Source of the DNA: Octopus bimaculoides
Taxonomy: Eukaryota
NCBI RefSeq assembly: GCF_001194135.2
Contig: NC_068981.1
Coordinates: forward strand, 110,486,968-110,531,296
Direction of reading: 5' to 3'
DNA length: 44,329 bases
Made by a program: the position numbers and the translations under genes. Below the pieces are notes generated by a model that did not search any database, was not told where the DNA came from, and was given only the letters and a program-made list of their open reading frames with translations. This document shows, piece by piece, positions 12,698 to 24,559 of this stretch (position 1 is its first letter; the number at the start of each line of letters is the position of its first letter).

Positions 12698-13100
12698 TGA
12701 TATCGTAAATTTTTATTCATTTATTTAGTTTTTTGTCATTTTTTTAGTGAGTGGGTGTGTGAGTGATTGACCTAGAGAGAGAAAGAGAGGTGTTGTCATG
12801 TATGTTTAAAATGGATAGGATCAGTCACACACGCACACAAACATACGTACATCCATTATCTGCCATATACACGTACATACATAAATACATAAGCATACAT
12901 GTGTTTCTCAGCAACTGAGCATTTTGAAATTTAAAAATAGTGCCTCACACACACAGAGCAAGTCACCTTCTCTCTCTCAGACAACACACACTCTCTCTCT
13001 CTCAGTCAAACACACTCACTAAAAAAAAGATGCGAGAAAAAGTAAATAAAAAAATGTTCTCTCTCTCACTCACACACGCACACACACACACAGCGATACA

Positions 13101-13159
<59 letters not shown>

Positions 13160-13217
13160 CGACAATACACACTTCTCTCCCTCGCTCAGTCAACCACTCT
13201 CACACTCATTTAAAGAA
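12040..13217. repeat. Complex (GA)n/(GT)n-laden modules in direct and inverted orientation
   Basis: Repeated ~150-bp low-complexity modules. 12449-12620 is a diverged reverse complement of about 12960-13120. Confidence 0.75.
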
Positions 13218-13817
13218 NNNNNNNNNNNNNNNNNNNNNNNNNNNNNNNNNNNNNNNNNNNNNNNNNNNNNNNNNNNNNNNNNNNNNNNNNNNNNNNNNNN
13301 NNNNNNNNNNNNNNNNNNNNNNNNNNNNNNNNNNNNNNNNNNNNNNNNNNNNNNNNNNNNNNNNNNNNNNNNNNNNNNNNNNNNNNNNNNNNNNNNNNNN
13401 NNNNNNNNNNNNNNNNNNNNNNNNNNNNNNNNNNNNNNNNNNNNNNNNNNNNNNNNNNNNNNNNNNNNNNNNNNNNNNNNNNNNNNNNNNNNNNNNNNNN
13501 NNNNNNNNNNNNNNNNNNNNNNNNNNNNNNNNNNNNNNNNNNNNNNNNNNNNNNNNNNNNNNNNNNNNNNNNNNNNNNNNNNNNNNNNNNNNNNNNNNNN
13601 NNNNNNNNNNNNNNNNNNNNNNNNNNNNNNNNNNNNNNNNNNNNNNNNNNNNNNNNNNNNNNNNNNNNNNNNNNNNNNNNNNNNNNNNNNNNNNNNNNNN
13701 NNNNNNNNNNNNNNNNNNNNNNNNNNNNNNNNNNNNNNNNNNNNNNNNNNNNNNNNNNNNNNNNNNNNNNNNNNNNNNNNNNNNNNNNNNNNNNNNNNNN
13801 NNNNNNNNNNNNNNNNN

Positions 13818-13846
13818 GGTTAGGGTTAGGGTTAGGGTTAGGGTTA
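13818..13846 (+). repeat. Interstitial telomere-type repeat (TTAGGG)n
   Basis: GGTTAGGGTTAGGGTTAGGGTTAGGGTTA directly after gap N13218-13817. Confidence 0.95.
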
Positions 13847-14139
13847 AAGCAAATTTAAAATGAAAAAAGCAAATAAAACGAAGGTCTGGAGATTAAATAC
13901 GCTTTACATCACTTAATCAGCCAAAGGAGTAAATATAAACAACTGAATACTTGTCAGTGATTGGTTGAAATTATCGAAATAAGACAATTTTTTACATGAA
14001 ATAAATTCGAATACAAAAATATTTTTCTGTTCTATAACACAAAATAGATAAGTATACGAAGTTTGAAAGTCTTTCCGTACCAAAAACACTACGTAAAACA
14101 TTAATGAAAAATGTGGCCCCCGTTTTAAAATAGATCCTA
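13818..14139. mobile_element. Part of an unclassified interspersed repeat that carries telomeric repeats
   Basis: Shares GTCAGTGATTGGTTGAAATTA, GAAATAnGACAA, ACATGAAATAA and AAGTTTGAAAGT with 41970-42200. Possible terminus ...AAAATAGATCC|TA at 14137. Confidence 0.55.
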
Positions 14140-15439
14140 TATATCTTCTAAAGATGAATTAGTAGTCCAGTATATTGTCAAATTAACAACATAAACTCAC
14201 TTTAGACATTAAGCCATTCAATAATTTTTTTAACGCATCATCTTTCATTATCATTCTCAGTAGGTTTTATCGTCATTATGGTTAAGTTAGAAATTAAAAT
14301 TTTTATCTGTGGTAAGCACTCACTGAAATATGGAAGGTAAGTTCTCGAACTGGGTCCACAGCCCTATTTCAGTTCCCGTTGAAAACCGCTTCACATAATT
14401 TCTCAATGATGAAAATGTATGGAAAGCTCTAATTTCTTTGCTCCTTACAAGAGATCTTTTCACATTGACATTGAGGAAGGATATTGAATAAATCACATTG
14501 CAAGTTTGCTATTTTTTTGTCAACTTCGGGAAGATGAAAGACAAAGGCTTCCCAGTGGAATTTGAACATCTCTGAGAGAAACGGAACAAGATACCGAAAA
14601 CCTTTCATTGCAGCCCCCTGCATCTTTCTAAACCCATAAATTAAATTCATAACAATAATTATTAAATTCTCCGATAATAAAGTTCGTTTTATTTTTTTTC
14701 GAAAACATACTCATTAATGGTATTTGTGACCAATTTTGTTCAGAAACTACAGAAAAGTATGAAGTAGTTTGATTTGTGTCCAGCTTTAATGTATTGATGT
14801 CGTTGTAAGGAAATGGACTGGTAGTGTTGGTATAGTTTCTGGTAGTGGTTAGAAGCAGCCGCGTCTCCAGGGAAGATAGAAATCAGTTGTAGCAAGGGAT
14901 AGTTGGGAGAGATCACTGCATTATGTATTGTGTAGCATATTTTATAGCAAATGTTGCTTGATATGCAATTTGAGAATGATGAATCTGCTTTGATGGCAAA
15001 GCAAGTTAGCTTGCAGCAAGAGGCGGAGATACAATGATGCTATAAAAGTATAAATAGTGTTTCAGAATTGCGTTGGAAGCAAATTTTGATATTGTTTCAA
15101 AAACAAATTCTACCATCAGTCTGTGTGATAATGATTGCTAATATTGATTAATGGTTAGGATCTTATTTCCTATTTTTCACAAATCTAGACAGTGGACCAA
15201 ACTTGTAATATATCATCAGCAACAACACACGCGTGTGCGTGCGCACACACCACCAACCACGCATATGTTATTCTTTACAGCTTTGATTTGCTAGTTATTT
15301 ATTGCATTTAGTGTATGTTGTCTTTGTTGACTTCGTGACAAATACTGAATTATAATTAATACAATTAGCGGGACCTTAAAATATATTTGTTATTATCGTT
15401 GAAAATGTATTTGTTACTATTAAGAGCAGCGGATGGCAG

Positions 15440-15730
15440 ATTCGGTAGAACACCTTTTTTGCAGGTATTGCATGAAATGTTGTCCATCATCACTCCCAAA
15501 GCTGCTATCACAAACTATTCTATCCCACGTTCTGGTCACAAGTGTCTTTGAATCTTTTTTTCATTTTGAAAGTCTTTTAGTTTCTTTGATTGATACGTTT
15601 CTGTCGGTCAGGCATGATCTATCAATCATTGTACATGGTTTGTTTTTCTAGTCTTTATATATAACTCGATTTGTCAAGATCTCTCTCTCAGTGTGCATTA
15701 CTATAGTGTTATTTCATCTTTCCTGCAATT
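15440..15730 (-). mobile_element. Degenerate restriction-like endonuclease (RLE) fragment of an R4-like LINE
   Basis: Minus-strand pieces read KD*KNKPCTMID..C.TDRNVSIKETKRLSK and ..ALGV.., the same pattern as the RLE at 23268-23720. Confidence 0.55.
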
Positions 15731-15879
15731 TTTTTCATGATTATGATGATGCCATCCTGGAGTGATGTATACTACTGCCAGTAACTGTGATAGTTTTAGG
15801 AGAGTTGAATAACGAAGGTCATGACATGCCAAAGCATATCTTTCCACTAGGTCTTGGACGTGAGGATTCCTGGGAAATA

Positions 15880-16290
15880 GCTGCAGACATCAGTGAGAAG
15901 CACAAGAACTACCCAGAGTTCATCATCAAGAATGGTTTGAGACCAGACATCGTCTTATGGTCTGAACAGGGTGCCAAAATGATTTTCATTGAATAGTCAG
16001 TATCATACGAGAGCCGCATAGAAAAGCAGCACATCTTTAAGATGAGCAAATATGGTAAGCTGACAAAGCAGCTAGGAAGTAAGGGTTACCATTGTACTGT
16101 GAAACCAGCTGAAGTTAGATCGCAAAGATTCGTGGCTGCATCAACCTGTCGGTTACTCGGGTATCAAAGGCCGCAGAAGAACTGCTACAATCAAACGCTC
16201 ATCTGATGTTACTGAAAAGAGCTCAATGTGGATATGGGCGAAGAGGAATGACCAATGGACCTAGTTGTGGATTCCATTGGTTATTTACAA
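15880..16290 (+). mobile_element. HERO-like non-LTR retrotransposon 3' end (RLE)
   Basis: LRPDIVLWSEQGAKMIFIE*SVSYESRIEKQHIFKMSKY...AEVRSQRF...EKSSMWIWAKR resembles the HERO RLE pattern LRPDIVLWS..IELTVPWE..EVG.RGF..WLW.KR. Confidence 0.7.
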
Positions 16291-16329
16291 GAATAGAAGG
16301 AAGAAGAGAACTCACAGCAGCTTCTCTTG

Positions 16330-17760
16330 AAAATGGGCAAATTTGACAGAAAAACGGTTTAGCACCTAAGGGTATTCATGCTGACATCGTTGCTACATTA
16401 GGGAATGACACTATAGTTTTATCAACAGTGCAAAAGTGGGCAGTTGAATTTAAGAGAGGAGGGGAGAGTCTTGAAAATGACCCAAGGTTTAGACGTCTTG
16501 CAACTGCCACCATCGAGGAAAACATTGATCGTGTTCACCACATGGTGATGGATCACAGGTGATTGACTATAAATCACACAGTCAAGGCTATTAACATATC
16601 CTGTGATAGAGTTAAGAATATTCTGCACAATGAACTTGGCATGACGAAAGGGTGTTACTTTGGTATGCGATCTACGTAGCTAACATGATCAACAAGAGTC
16701 AAATTCTACTTTAGTATGCGATCTACACGTTTCGTTTATTTATTATGGCTTAAATAAAGCGTTCTTGTATTTTCATACATTTATTAAAAAAAAAAAAAAC
16801 TGAAGCAAATTTGAAACAAGCTTACTAATTTCATGGGCGAATCGATCGAACATCAGCTAGAAAAGTAAAAAATAGATAATTAAAATTTTTTATACATTTT
16901 ATACATTTATTATTAAAAAGAAATTAGAATGAAGCAAATTTGAAACAACTTTTCTAATTTTAACGATGAATCGAACGAACATCAGCTAGAAAAGCTGTTC
17001 TTGATAACTGTTCTTGTAGATGACAGTATAACGTGTAGATTGCATATTAAAGCAGTTTCACAACACGTAGATTGCATACCAAAGTAGCACCGACAAAAGG
17101 TTCTGTTAGGGGGATGTCACGTCTTCTGACACCTGATCAAAAGGTTGATCACATCATGGAAAAATCTGACATTATTTGAGGCTGATCCAGTTGGTTTCCT
17201 TGAACGTTTCCTGAACTTTGAGCCAAAATCAAAGAAACAATCCATGCAATGGAAACACCTCTCCTCACCAGCTTCAAAGAAAGCTAAGGCCATTTCATCT
17301 GCAGGGAAGGTGATGGCCTCAGTTTTTTGGGAAGCAAAACGAATTGTGTTTATTGACTATCTTCAAAGGGGCTACACCATCAATAGAGAGTACTATGCCA
17401 ACTTGGTGTGGCAGTTGCGAAAGGTTATCAAGACCAGACACCCAAGAAAACTGACGAAAAGAATCTTGCTTCACCTGGACAATGTTCCAGCACACAAGCC
17501 GTTGGTTTCAATGGCTGCTGTGCGTGACTATGGCTTTGAACTGATCAGCCTCCCTATTCTCTTGATTTGGCTTCATCTGATCGTCATCTTGAAAACACAC
17601 ATGGCTGTAAGCAGTATCACGGTGATGATGACGTCATATCTGCTGCTGACATTTTTGAGATGAAAACTTCATCAATGGGATCGAAAGACTGCAACACCGA
17701 TGGAAGAAGTGAGTGGGCTGCAGTGTATGTTGAAAAATAAAGCTCATTTGGTCACATTCC
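16330..17760 (+). mobile_element. Mariner (Tc1/mariner) transposase remnant, interrupted by a MITE
   Basis: HTH region (STVQKWAVEFKRGGESLENDPR), RLLTPDQK, SAGKVMASVFW, LLHLDNVPAH and a YSLDLASSD (YSPDLAPSD-like) motif. TIRs not found. Confidence 0.9.
16651..17091. mobile_element. 441-bp MITE with GG..CC termini and 8-bp TSD (Merlin-like)
   Basis: 27-bp TIR GGTGTTACTTTGGTATGCGATCTACGT vs GGTGCTACTTTGGTATGCAATCTACGT (25/27). TSD GACGAAAG (16643-16650) / GACAAAAG (17092-17099). Second inverted subterminal copy and an internal direct repeat. Confidence 0.88.
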
Positions 17761-19449
17761 ATTCTACTCCATACGGCATTTTCACTGTCGCTTTTCCCGT
17801 CTAATATAATAGATTGTGTTCACATTCGTTCCCTTCCTGGAGCAAAACTTTCAACTTCTCTTTCCCTAAGCATTTTCTTTAGCTTGGAGATTCATTGTCA
17901 ATTTCTTGAAGATGTCTTCACTTTTCTGTGGGAATCTTTAAAAATTGCCTCTAGGTTTCTCTCTGTCCCCATCTTTAATTGAAGTTTCAATAATTTAATC
18001 ATTTATTTTGTAAAGAATTCAGTACATTACCTCTTAAATAATAATAAAAATAGTAGATACTATAAAAACAATAATAAAAGCGAAATTCTGTTCGTCGGCG
18101 ACACTTGTATTTCTGTCTGCATTTGCTCTACATAGACATATTATATCCTTTTGGAATCAGGATAATTCCGGGATTGAAAATCTGCCCTTCACTTGGTTCT
18201 TGAACATCCAGCATTGGAATGTTATTTAAAAGCATTTGGGTTGCTATTTCTAGCAGATAAAGCTTGGCTGATTCACGCCATCTTGGTTGGCGTTTGTCAG
18301 ATGACGTCAGAAACCAATGGGGAGATAAATGGTTTACTACCAGTAGATATTTGAAGTTTGAATAGCCAACACGCGGATAACTAATGCAAAATGATATGTA
18401 CAAACAAATCATGTATCTGCGACATATTACCAAAAATGACCTGACCAGAAGTTAATAGGTGTTAACATACAGGCAGGTCCCAAAATCTGTTAGACAACCT
18501 TTTGCATTACATGTCCAAACTGTGGTTTTAACTCGTTGAATTTTATACATAGCCTTTATTCTCATGTTTAGATAAGTGCTCCTTTATTTTATGACATACA
18601 GACACAGTGGGTTACAACTAATTAGAACACTCTTTCATATAATAAAGTTTAGGAAATATTTCAGAAAGAAAAATTACATCTGCTTTTATGATTAAAGAAT
18701 ACGTAAGATTGATTTTTTTTCATGTGTAGATTTTTTATGGACAATAGAAGAAGCGGAATACGGAAATATGAACAGGAATGAGTTTTGAACAACAACAGGA
18801 GAATAATTTCACCTTTGTTGTTAACGGCGAAACTGCGTTATGTCTTATCTGCCTGAAGCTAGTTTAAAGCTAGTGATTTGAATCTATTGAAAATTTGCAT
18901 CTGAAGTTCCATTAATCAAAACTGCGAATAGATAGGATAAAAATGTTAAAAATCTTACCTTAGTCACTCAACAAAATAGCCTGTTTTCTCATTGTAAGTA
19001 AAGTGATTTCATCACTGATGCCAACTTAGTTATATCCTAGATGTCAACTGCCTTACACTCATGGAGAGAATAGCAGTAATGTTATTGCAATTCTTGCTTC
19101 AGAAAACCCAACATCGGACAGCAATGGAGCAAATTTCTATCTCCAACCACACTATAGTTAGAAACATAGTTAAAACATTTCTGAAATTAGTGCGATAATA
19201 ATGTGCTCATTACATCTTAGCCAATCTCTTTGCTAACTTCTTAATCAAAATGTTTAACTCAATTCACCCCTCACGCTTTCCTTGCATCTTAGCAATGATA
19301 TTTACATACTTCTCAACCTTACTCTTGCTGCCAATGAAAGTCCAGCTTTGCCGCTACCCTCATCACTAGCGTTGCTACCAATATAAACAACGCAGTGTCA
19401 TTTGCAAGTGTCACAAACGTTGAAAGAGCATTTTCTTATCGCAAAGGCA

Positions 19450-20040
19450 CAGTTCAGGCAGGAACAAACACAGTCTAGTGAGACCTGACCTTCTAGCAAT
19501 CCTAGAACCAGAAACGGAAGACGTAAGAAAACATCTAATTACAGACGAACATTTAGTTTGACAATCATATCCAGTACATTTAGAGAAAAGTAAGAAGGAC
19601 GAGTGGTGTTCGATAAGAAGGGAAAGTACTATGGGACAGAGGTGGCCCTATATCTCAATGAAGAGGAAGCTAAAAAAATATCCTCGTGAAGCATCAAGAA
19701 CTTCACCGTGATCCCATGGGGGGTACGGAGATGTTATGAACTTGCTAAATCTCCTACAAGAAGTGATTGGAATTTAGAATAGAGATGTAGGTGTTGGTCA
19801 TTCCTGAAAATAAGCAGAAGTCCACGACCACATTTACTTGCAGAGTGGGGATGTAATAAACATTGCGGTAAAGCTCCATGTGTTATATTTGTGGCAACAA
19901 TAACCATCAGAAGGCTTTCTGTCCTGTGGCTAGAAATGCAAAAATCCCTCTTACTACCGACATCATATTCATAACATTGCCAGTAATAATAAGAAAGCGG
20001 CAGAAGCAAGAACAGCGACAAAAACCAAAATCACTTCTAA
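19450..20040 (+). mobile_element. Tx1/L1-like LINE ORF1 remnant with CCHC zinc knuckle
   Basis: CYICGNNNHQKAFC fits CX2CX4HX4C. Upstream context resembles ORF1 at 32668-33182. Confidence 0.6.
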
Positions 20041-22133
20041 GGCTGCGAAGTGGATTACTACCACTGCATTCGAAATAGAAAGCCTGATAAAAGTACCATC
20101 TCCATTTCTAGAACAAGAACGTAACGGGACAAATACACATATATACATCTGTGCCCACTCTGATTGCTAGCCAAATGAAAGAAGACAAGGAGGAAGCATA
20201 GTAAACTGATTTTTGAGAAGCTAAAGGAAAGGAAATAAACGATTATCAACTCACCTCAATGACAAAAAGTCCGAAAACCAGTCATCACACCATTAACAAA
20301 ATCTAAAGTCACAGTAACAATAGAAAAATATACAAATACAACAAAGACATCAAAAGGAACAACAGAAATAACAACAGCAATAACAAATACACAAAAACAA
20401 ATCTATTAAATATAGAAAGAACAGTGAGTTGAGGGAATACATATCAAACACAAAATGGCAGTGTTTTAAGAAATTCAACTCCCAAACATCTAACGACGGA
20501 CTCCTGTTGAAGACACGAAATACAAAAGTATAAGCATATACGCAGTATCGGGATTATATAATTTGTTTCTAATATTCTTCTTTTTAATCAGAAACTGTTG
20601 AGAGTTTGGTGTTTTACAGTAATTTTTTTGTGTATAAATATATCTTGTCTGTATTTGAAGTGTGAAATAACATTTTGTTTGCTTTTGAAAGCATTAGTTA
20701 TTAGTTGTTCCACTTTCTGAAATTTTTGCAGCTTCAGTTTCAATATAATAAACATGAAAATATAATTATGAATACAAACAAAATACAGTCAAGTGCAAGC
20801 GAAATATTTTTATTTTAAAACAGAATACGGCAGCCATGAATCCTCAAACCCTAATCAGTTCCTGATTAAATAAAGTTGCTGTTAAAGGGAATTTTTAAAT
20901 TAAATATTTTTTTGCAGATTCTGGTTTTGGAACATGTAAATTTGAAAATCACTTTTTAAAAATGGCAAATAAGTCTTAGTAATTAAAAATATTCATACAA
21001 AAACGGATGCATTGAAATGGGTTGACAAAGAAATTCTGCTAAGATCAAACAGATGTTACGAAAGCGTATGTCGCCCCTGTTATGTTATCATCTGATTTTC
21101 TTTTTGTGCACTACCTTAGTTTTTGTTTGACTAGATTGGAGTGTCTACCGTTTTCTTTTTTTGCGAAAGGGGTGTGTTGCATTGGTCAGGTGGTCCATCT
21201 GCTGTCAACATGTTAGTTGTTTCCTACGTAGATGTGGTTGTCTGTCGTCAGGTTCGTTTGCTTGCAACTTGTCTTTTTGTCGAAATTGCAGTTCTGGTTG
21301 GAGCAAAGTAGCACACCTGGCATCTGGAATTTTCTCAGGTACTTCCACTTGAGTAATGTGATCAGCAGAACGTCCAGTCTAGCAATTAACATATGACTTG
21401 TTGTGAGTAAGATCAACGAAGTTAACAAAGTTCTCGGAAAGACTCAAGGTCGGCGAGAATCTGTCTGCTATCTATTGTCTGGGGATTATAGATAACTTCC
21501 AGAATTCCCTGGCCAGACACTGCTACTAGAGTCATTCCGGTTAGAAACAAACTCTACAGGTGCCGAAGTTCCTTCAGCCGGCTTTTCCTAGATGTGCTCA
21601 ATGCGATGCAATGCAATGAAAGCATTCTGCAACCACTCGTTCAGAGTTTGAGGAATTCTTGACTTAGGGAATTTTGTCGAACGGTTGTTGTCTTGTATGA
21701 AACGGATCCAGCCAAGTCCATCACAAAAATTGCCCTACCTCCTTTCTTTGGCCGGAAAGTGCGGCTTAATAAAGAAGTGTCTTGTGAACACGACTGGAAT
21801 TGACCAAAGATAAATACTTTCCTCTCTCGCCTAAATACTATCGACATTTATAATTCCATTTGGAGAGTTAGGTGATGGTGGAAAAGAAGGTAGAACCAAA
21901 TACCTGTGAATTTCTTGGAATATGAGTGAAATTTGTAAATATGACGCGAGTGAATGGGCCTACTTTTAGCATTTGTATTTAGACCAGAGAAAGACAGTTA
22001 TGACAATACTTTATCTTTTCTTAAAAATTTTGTTTTTATTTTCTGTTTCATTTGTCGTTCGATTTAAACTTCACACATATTTTATAACCTGTCGATGTAA
22101 GATCCCTTTATCAGTCGCTCTTGAAAAAAATGG

Positions 22134-22199
<66 letters not shown>

Positions 22200-22470
22200 G
22201 AGTGAGAGAGCAGTGTATGCCATCAAAGTGACACTGGAGTAAAATATACAAAGCCCATTATACCCATCATGACTACCCGTCTGATAAGGGTACACCAGGC
22301 ACATGTATCATAACCATATCTGCACGACATGGTGATCTCATATCAAGATAAACAGTGCATGACCTCGCAGGTGGGGCCCAGTTAGAATTTTCTTCAGGTC
22401 GAGTAGCCCATCTCGCTCAAAAGGTCCCTGAATAAGGGTTGTTTAAGGATGTTCAGCAAGACACCCATGT
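22134..22470 (-). mobile_element. (AAT)n-tailed non-coding retroelement 'A', copy 1 (cut by gap)
   Basis: (ATT)n 22134-22199 followed by GAGTGAGAGAGCAGTG..., highly similar to 23797 onward. Confidence 0.75.
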
Positions 22471-23217
22471 NNNNNNNNNNNNNNNNNNNNNNNNNNNNNN
22501 NNNNNNNNNNNNNNNNNNNNNNNNNNNNNNNNNNNNNNNNNNNNNNNNNNNNNNNNNNNNNNNNNNNNNNNNNNNNNNNNNNNNNNNNNNNNNNNNNNNN
22601 NNNNNNNNNNNNNNNNNNNNNNNNNNNNNNNNNNNNNNNNNNNNNNNNNNNNNNNNNNNNNNNNNNNNNNNNNNNNNNNNNNNNNNNNNNNNNNNNNNNN
22701 NNNNNNNNNNNNNNNNNNNNNNNNNNNNNNNNNNNNNNNNNNNNNNNNNNNNNNNNNNNNNNNNNNNNNNNNNNNNNNNNNNNNNNNNNNNNNNNNNNNN
22801 NNNNNNNNNNNNNNNNNNNNNNNNNNNNNNNNNNNNNNNNNNNNNNNNNNNNNNNNNNNNNNNNNNNNNNNNNNNNNNNNNNNNNNNNNNNNNNNNNNNN
22901 NNNNNNNNNNNNNNNNNNNNNNNNNNNNNNNNNNNNNNNNNNNNNNNNNNNNNNNNNNNNNNNNNNNNNNNNNNNNNNNNNNNNNNNNNNNNNNNNNNNN
23001 NNNNNNNNNNNNNNNNNNNNNNNNNNNNNNNNNNNNNNNNNNNNNNNNNNNNNNNNNNNNNNNNNNNNNNNNNNNNNNNNNNNNNNNNNNNNNNNNNNNN
23101 NNNNNNNNNNNNNNNNNNNNNNNNNNNNNNNNNNNNNNNNNNNNNNNNNNNNNNNNNNNNNNNNNNNNNNNNNNNNNNNNNNNNNNNNNNNNNNNNNNNN
23201 NNNNNNNNNNNNNNNNN

Positions 23218-23267
<50 letters not shown>

Positions 23268-23720
23268 CATTGCCTTAGCACAGCTTCTAACGCTGGAGAT
23301 GTACTACAATGTCAGCTGTTCACTACCAGTGAACTTAAGGTAACACTCCTTGTTTTTCGAGCACCATCAGGAGTATTTGAGCGGTTCCAAACAGTGCTGT
23401 TTTCTGCAAGTGCTCCACCCTTATTGTAGCCCCTATTTGTTCCACGTACTTCTCGAGATTTTTACTCACTATTCCCAGGGCTCCGACTATTATTGGTACT
23501 CCTACCACCTTTTTCATCGACCACAACTGCTTAACTTCCCAAGCTAACCTGTCATATCTGTCGACTTTTCTTTCTTCCTTATCGCATATCTTGTCAGCTG
23601 GGCATGCAGTATCTATGATCCAGCATCGTTTGCTTTCTTTCTCAATTAACACTATGCCTGGCTTCCTATTCTCTAACTCATGGTCGCACTGAATCATAAA
23701 GTCCCATAGGATCTTTGCAT
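23268..23720 (-). mobile_element. 5'-truncated R4/Dong-like LINE (RLE domain plus 3' UTR) between (AAT)n tracts
   Basis: KILWDFMIQCDHELENRKPGIVLIEKESKRCWIIDTACP..KEERKVDRYDRL...VPIIVGALG...LQKTALFGTAQIL. (ATT)n on both sides. 3' UTR matches 36307-36421. Confidence 0.88.
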
Positions 23721-23740
23721 TATTACTATTGTTGTTGTTA

Positions 23741-23796
<56 letters not shown>

Positions 23797-24338
23797 GAGT
23801 GAGAGAGCAGTGCATGCCATTAAAGTGACACTGGGGTAAAATATACGAAGCCCAGTATACCCATCATGACTACCCGTCTGATAAGGGTACACCAGGCACA
23901 TGCATCATAACCATATGTGGGCGACATGGTGATCTCATATCAAGATAAACAGCGCATGACCTTACAGGTGGGGGCCCAATTAGAATTTTCTTCAGGCCGT
24001 GTAGCCCATCCCACTCAAAAGGTCTCTGAATAAGGGTTGTTTAAGGATGTGGAATGAAACAGACCAAAGGTGAATTATCCAAACTCCCAAGTATTCCTTT
24101 CAATACATGGCTATGATGCTCCCCCTTTATTTCTACTCGTGATCAGAGATGCACCTATCGTCAGCCACTAAAAGACATGCTCAACTGGTTATGGTCAAAC
24201 AACTGACAAGCAAATCTGTGGTATTGAGCAGAATATTTGCTGTAGCCCATCTTTTATACCAAGACAAAACAATGTACATGATAACATTTCCAATCAATTA
24301 AAATCAGAAGCCATGAGAGCCACTGCCTGGTACTGCAT
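23720..24338 (-). mobile_element. (AAT)n-tailed non-coding retroelement 'A', copy 2
   Basis: Tail 23720-23796, body 23797-24338. The first ~270 bp match 22200-22470 with scattered substitutions. Confidence 0.75.
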
Positions 24339-24347
24339 TATTGTTAT

Positions 24348-24559
24348 GGCGGTGAGCTGGCAGAATCGTTTGCGCGCTGGACGAAATGCTTAGCAGTATT
24401 TCGCCCGTCGCTACATTCTGAGTTCAAATTCTGCTGAGGTCGACTTTGCCTTTCATCCTTTCGGGATCGATGAATTAAGTACCAATGAAACACTGGGGTC
24501 GATGTAATCGACTATCCCCCTTCCCCCAAATTTCAGACCTTGTGCATTTAATAGAAAGG

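Noticed and set aside
13818-13846. True chromosome end or telomere fusion site
   Set aside because: The array is short, internal and attached to a repeat body seen again at 42 kb, which fits an interspersed repeat better.
12049-13863. Long ORFs in the supplied track, here and across other gaps (22439-23429, 31854-32714, 41150-41908)
   Set aside because: They are artefacts of N runs and microsatellite translation (poly-HT, SL, YI, N, L, I).
14290-14650. Possible exon (minus ORF 14429-14650; alternative frame ending at a CA|GTGAGT donor)
   Set aside because: No convincing acceptor in the donor-bearing frame and no recognisable protein motif.
21100-21900. Possible Gypsy integrase C-terminal remnant on the minus strand
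   Set aside because: Only vague similarity, with no catalytic or zinc-finger motif that I can verify.
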